A DNA stretch of 51,523 bases from an uncultured Thermotogae bacterium (GTDB lineage Bacteria > Bipolaricaulota > Bipolaricaulia > CAYUCE01): NCBI GenBank assembly GCA_964443275.1, contig CAYUCE010000006.1, forward strand, positions 1 to 51,523, read 5' to 3'. Shown here piece after piece: positions 48,149 to 51,523 of this stretch. How positions within the stretch are numbered: the stretch's first letter is position 1; every line of letters begins with the position of its first letter. A program made the position numbers and the translations under genes. Below the pieces are notes generated by a model that was given only the letters and a program-made list of their open reading frames with translations, ran no database searches and was not told the DNA's origin.

Positions 48149-48664
48149 ATGAAGATTCGAAAAGCCCTTGGAGGACCCCTGTTTATTTTAGTAGCTTTGG
48201 TTGCCTGGTGGCTTTTATTGGGAACCCCGGTCTATGCTCAATGTGGCAGTAGGACCTATTGTCTTAGTTACTGTGGTGATTTAAATACCGATAAATACAC
48301 CTATGAACAGGGAGAAACAGTAGAATTTATCTTTTTAAACTCTGAAAATTACGATTTTATGTTGGAAAGGATCTATGTCCTCAACCTACAATCTTTTACC
48401 GGCGGGACATCAAAAGTTGAGACCGTCTATGAACACATCTTTTCTGATCCTATCAGTCCGGGGGCTCGCTGGAGTTGGGAATGGTATCAAAAAGATATGG
48501 CCGGTAATCAGGTTCAGAGCGGACGTTTCATGGGGGTCATAGAGACCAGGTATTGCGGTTCTCATAGAGCAACTTTTCGCATTGTTCCTAAACCTCCCAA
48601 GACGTGTGATCCGTGCTGTACCTTCTGGGCTAGTTGTTGTATAGGTTATCCGTGGTGCCCATGA
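48149..48664 (+). CDS. secreted Ig-like (BsuPI/FlgD-like) protein with Cys-rich tail
   Basis: AGGAGG SD, signal peptide ending VYA, TDKxxYxxGExV, WxQxDxxGxxVxxG, tail CDPCC...CC...WCP. Confidence 0.65.
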   Translation: MKIRKALGGPLFILVALVAWWLLLGTPVYAQCGSRTYCLSYCGDLNTDKYTYEQGETVEFIFLNSENYDFMLERIYVLNLQSFTGGTSKVETVYEHIFSDPISPGARWSWEWYQKDMAGNQVQSGRFMGVIETRYCGSHRATFRIVPKPPKTCDPCCTFWASCCIGYPWCP

Positions 48665-48702
48665 TATAATGAATCTCCGATTTAGACTAAAAAACCAAAG
48701 CC

Positions 48703-49650
48703 GTGACTAGAAAGATAGATTTCATAAAAGGGCATATGGGGGGCAACGAAATCATTTTGCTTTACGGAGATCAAGTTGGGGATAATCAGGAAGTTTCTAC
48801 TGCATTGTTCGTACTGGATCCACCCTATGTAGGTGGTCATCAAGCAGGCCTTTTATGGATGTCTTCCGATGAAGCGGCTATTAGGGTTAGGATCGTCGAT
48901 GTAACGGCCAGAGATTTTATAACCATGTGTGGTGGTTTGACTCAAGTGACGGGAAGGGCACTGATGGAAACGAATTTGGCAAAAGAGCTGGGGCTGGAGT
49001 TTGGGAAGCTGACGGGCAAAGTAACCCTGGAAACCGACCTGGGTCCCGTGCCGCTTATCTTGGAGGAAAATGATGGAGGATTTGGCCGGGTGCTGACCGG
49101 GATGGGAGCGTTTGTGGAGGAATGTTATCAATTAGGAGTCGAGTCGGTGAGCTTGGCTGGGGTAGAGGCTATGCGAGTGGGAAAATTTATGGTGGTAAGG
49201 ACTGATGACATATTGAGGGTTTATCCAGAGGCTAAATTCTGTGGGCTGGATAGGACAACAAAAGAAATCTTGATTGATATTCAAAAAGATTTCGACAGTC
49301 GGAAGTTTGTAAAGAATATAAACGCTGATTTTACCTTATATGATTTAGACCCCAAAGTTTCCCAGAATACAGGACGCCTCATTTTCCCTCATAGGGTATC
49401 CTCAGGACATATCGAACCTGCGTGTGGTACAGGCACAGTAGCTTGCGGGATCGCCATGGTAGAAAAGTCAGAAATTAGCTCTGAAAAATCCCCGGTCAAA
49501 CTGCTGTTCGAATCAGGTGGGGACCAGAATTCAATAGGGGGCCCCGATTTGACTGAACTTAAGCTTACCATAAGTGATGGGGTGGTTACCGAGGCCTACT
49601 TCAGCCATAGTTTAGTAGAGATATTGGCGACCGGGAGGGTGCGGCTTTAA
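48703..49650 (+). CDS. diaminopimelate epimerase/proline racemase-fold protein
   Basis: Two catalytic-Cys motifs MCGG and ACGTG; N-terminal KGHMGGN. Confidence 0.7.
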   Translation: MTRKIDFIKGHMGGNEIILLYGDQVGDNQEVSTALFVLDPPYVGGHQAGLLWMSSDEAAIRVRIVDVTARDFITMCGGLTQVTGRALMETNLAKELGLEFGKLTGKVTLETDLGPVPLILEENDGGFGRVLTGMGAFVEECYQLGVESVSLAGVEAMRVGKFMVVRTDDILRVYPEAKFCGLDRTTKEILIDIQKDFDSRKFVKNINADFTLYDLDPKVSQNTGRLIFPHRVSSGHIEPACGTGTVACGIAMVEKSEISSEKSPVKLLFESGGDQNSIGGPDLTELKLTISDGVVTEAYFSHSLVEILATGRVRL

Positions 49651-51071
49651 AAGGGGGCTTCTTCGGTTTCGCTGTAGGCGGTTTCGTAGAAGCTGGCGTA
49701 ATTTCGGTGGAAGGAAAGTTTGAACTTACCCACCGGTCCGTTCCGTTGCTTGCCGATGATAATCTCTGTAGTGCTTATAAAAGGGCTGGATTTTTTGCCT
49801 GTTACCTCCGCCTGCCCGTTTTCAGATTCCTCAGCTAGATCGCTTTCTTGTTCGTAATAATCTCCCCGGTAGATGAAGGCCACCAGATCGGCTTCCTGCT
49901 CAATAGACCCCGACTCTCTAAGATCTGATAACCGCGGTCTTTTCTTCTGCCTGTACTCTACTGCTCGGGATAATTGAGATACGGCAATTACCGGTATATC
50001 AAGCTCCCTTGCCAAACCTTTAAGCGATCGGGAAACGTGTGAGATCTGCTGCTCGCGATTAACGTTATTTGTACCCGCCTCTATTAACTGCAGGTAATCG
50101 ACGATAATTAACCCGATATCGTACTCCGCTTTCATCCTTCTTGCTTTTGCCTTCATTTCAATTGCCGGTATGCTGGGGGTATCATCGATTAATATGGTAC
50201 TTTCCTGCAGAGCACTGGCCGCTTTTACCACTCTGCGCCACTGCCTTGAAGGCAAAAATCCCCCTCTCAGCCGGTGTAGATTAATCTGTCCCTCACCGCA
50301 CAACAGTCTTTCCAAAAGTTGTTCTTTTCTCATCTCCAAGCTAAAGATCCCAATTGCCAAACCCTCCCGTAAGGCCACGTTCCTTGCGATGGATATGGCT
50401 AAGGATGTCTTACCCATGCTGGGCCTTCCCGCTATTACTATCAGTTCCGAAGGCTGAAGGCCGGAAGTCATTTCATCAAATTTACTGAAACCGGTAGGTA
50501 CCCCGGTAACAGTATGCCTGTCCGGATTCTGGTGAAGTTTTTCCAGGTTGCTGATATGTTCATGCAGAAATTGGCGAATAAGGTGATATCCTTGGGTTTT
50601 CTCAAATCTGGAGATCCTAAAGATCATCTCTTCCGCCTGATCCAACAGCTTCTCTAGTTCTTCGCTTTCATTATATCCCAGTTCGGAAATTTCCCTTCCC
50701 GCCCCGATTAAAGCTCGCATCAGAGCCTTTTCCCTTATTATATCCGAGTAATGTTCTACACTGGTGGTTGTAGTCACCTTGTTCTGAAGCTTTGAGAGAT
50801 ACACCCTTCCTCCTACCTGTGATAACATATCTTTCTCTTCTAGCCGGTTGGCCACGGTGACCAAGTCTATTGGTTTCCCCAACTCATATAGCTCTAAAAT
50901 CACGTCATAGACAGTTTGATTGGCCCTCCAGTAGAAATGTTCCGGCTCTAATTTTTCCAGTATTTTGGGAACTACCTCTTCTGATTCCAATATGGCTTGG
51001 CCCAGGACAATCTGCTCCGCTTCTCTGTTCTTGGGAAGAGATCTGGGTGAGTCGTTTTCCTTTGCCCGCAT
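49647..51071 (-). CDS. dnaB: replicative DNA helicase
   Basis: GRPSMGKT, FSLEM, VDYLQL, SQLSR, LSDLRESGSIEQEAD, KQRNGP. Confidence 0.98.
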   Translation of the reverse strand: MRAKENDSPRSLPKNREAEQIVLGQAILESEEVVPKILEKLEPEHFYWRANQTVYDVILELYELGKPIDLVTVANRLEEKDMLSQVGGRVYLSKLQNKVTTTTSVEHYSDIIREKALMRALIGAGREISELGYNESEELEKLLDQAEEMIFRISRFEKTQGYHLIRQFLHEHISNLEKLHQNPDRHTVTGVPTGFSKFDEMTSGLQPSELIVIAGRPSMGKTSLAISIARNVALREGLAIGIFSLEMRKEQLLERLLCGEGQINLHRLRGGFLPSRQWRRVVKAASALQESTILIDDTPSIPAIEMKAKARRMKAEYDIGLIIVDYLQLIEAGTNNVNREQQISHVSRSLKGLARELDIPVIAVSQLSRAVEYRQKKRPRLSDLRESGSIEQEADLVAFIYRGDYYEQESDLAEESENGQAEVTGKKSSPFISTTEIIIGKQRNGPVGKFKLSFHRNYASFYETAYSETEEAPF

Positions 51072-51174
51072 GGTTTATCAGTTACATTATATTAAGCGGG
51101 GGCAAAAATTTAAAGCATCTTGAGCGCCGTTTCCACTCCTACCTTGATAAATTGCCCAAGAAAACCGAAGGGCC

Positions 51175-51235
51175 CGTTGCCTCATTTAAAAAAGTACTCG
51201 AAACACCTATCGTTGCCTCACTTAGAAAGGTACTC
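51175..51235. repeat. tandem 25-bp repeats at the transposase end
   Basis: CGTTGCCTCATTTAAAAAAGTACTC and CGTTGCCTCACTTAGAAAGGTACTC, 22 of 25 identical, 36-nt period. Confidence 0.75.
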
Positions 51236-51508
51236 CAAATCCTTGGCATTTTGCTTCTCTTTACTGGCATCTCTCTTACGCTGATTAACCCTCTCCAGCT
51301 CCTCCTGCAGCCTGGTGATCTTCCTCTTTAGGGCTGCCGGGTTTAGCTCCTCGTATTCCTGTGCAAGCGCATCCTTGGCTTTTTTATCTATAACCGGCGA
51401 CTCTAGGACTCTCCTAAAAGGAGTCTTGGGCTGATCATACTTCTTTTTTACCTTGCTTCCAATTCTCCTCTTTTCTACCAATTTCATTACCGGCTGAAAG
51501 AAGCTCGT
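51175..51508 (-). mobile_element. truncated rve/integrase-core (ISNCY-like) transposase remnant
   Basis: FFQPVMKL...KKYDxPKTPFxRVL...LNPAAL C-terminus; an in-frame TAG lies three codons upstream of SFFQP. Confidence 0.7.
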
Positions 51509-51523
51509 ACTTCGCTACTTCGT

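Noticed and set aside
50870-51331. 153-aa plus-strand ORF
   Set aside because: Antisense to dnaB and the transposase remnant. The many other short antisense or nested ORFs in the track were dismissed likewise.

Overview
This is a bacterial chromosomal window, probably from an anaerobe (four-subunit pyruvate/2-ketoacid:ferredoxin oxidoreductase, MEP-pathway dxr, sigma70-type promoters, a CIRCE operator). Several genes look archaeal in type (Cdc48/VAT, short LeuB); the taxon cannot be fixed from sequence alone. Core content: phoU, tRNA-Gln(CTG), a branched-chain amino acid operon (ilvD-ilvB-ilvN-ilvC-leuA-leuB-cimA, no leuCD), ftsH-dxr, csaB, gatA, ricT/PSP1-holB, aspS, dtd, porCDAB, plsC, hslVU, thrS, metK, coaBC, cdc48, rnpB, dnaB and a truncated transposase at the right edge. 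Highlights: (1) an accessory island at about 15.8-21.7 kb with a P-loop ATPase, a STAND NTPase-wHTH-TPR protein, a short Abi-like remnant and a PD-(D/E)xK nuclease fused to an EF-Tu-domain-II-like barrel, a candidate undescribed defence system; (2) an archaeal-type Cdc48 directly behind a consensus promoter and a CIRCE element; (3) an unannotated Leu/Ile-rich 43-aa leader ORF before the ilv/leu operon; (4) an RNase P RNA lacking P18; (5) two genes that apparently start at ATA/ATT; (6) a structured ncRNA candidate divergent from rnpB, plus REP-like elements and the scar of a four-helix-bundle cassette. All family calls come from motif recognition by eye; no searches were run.
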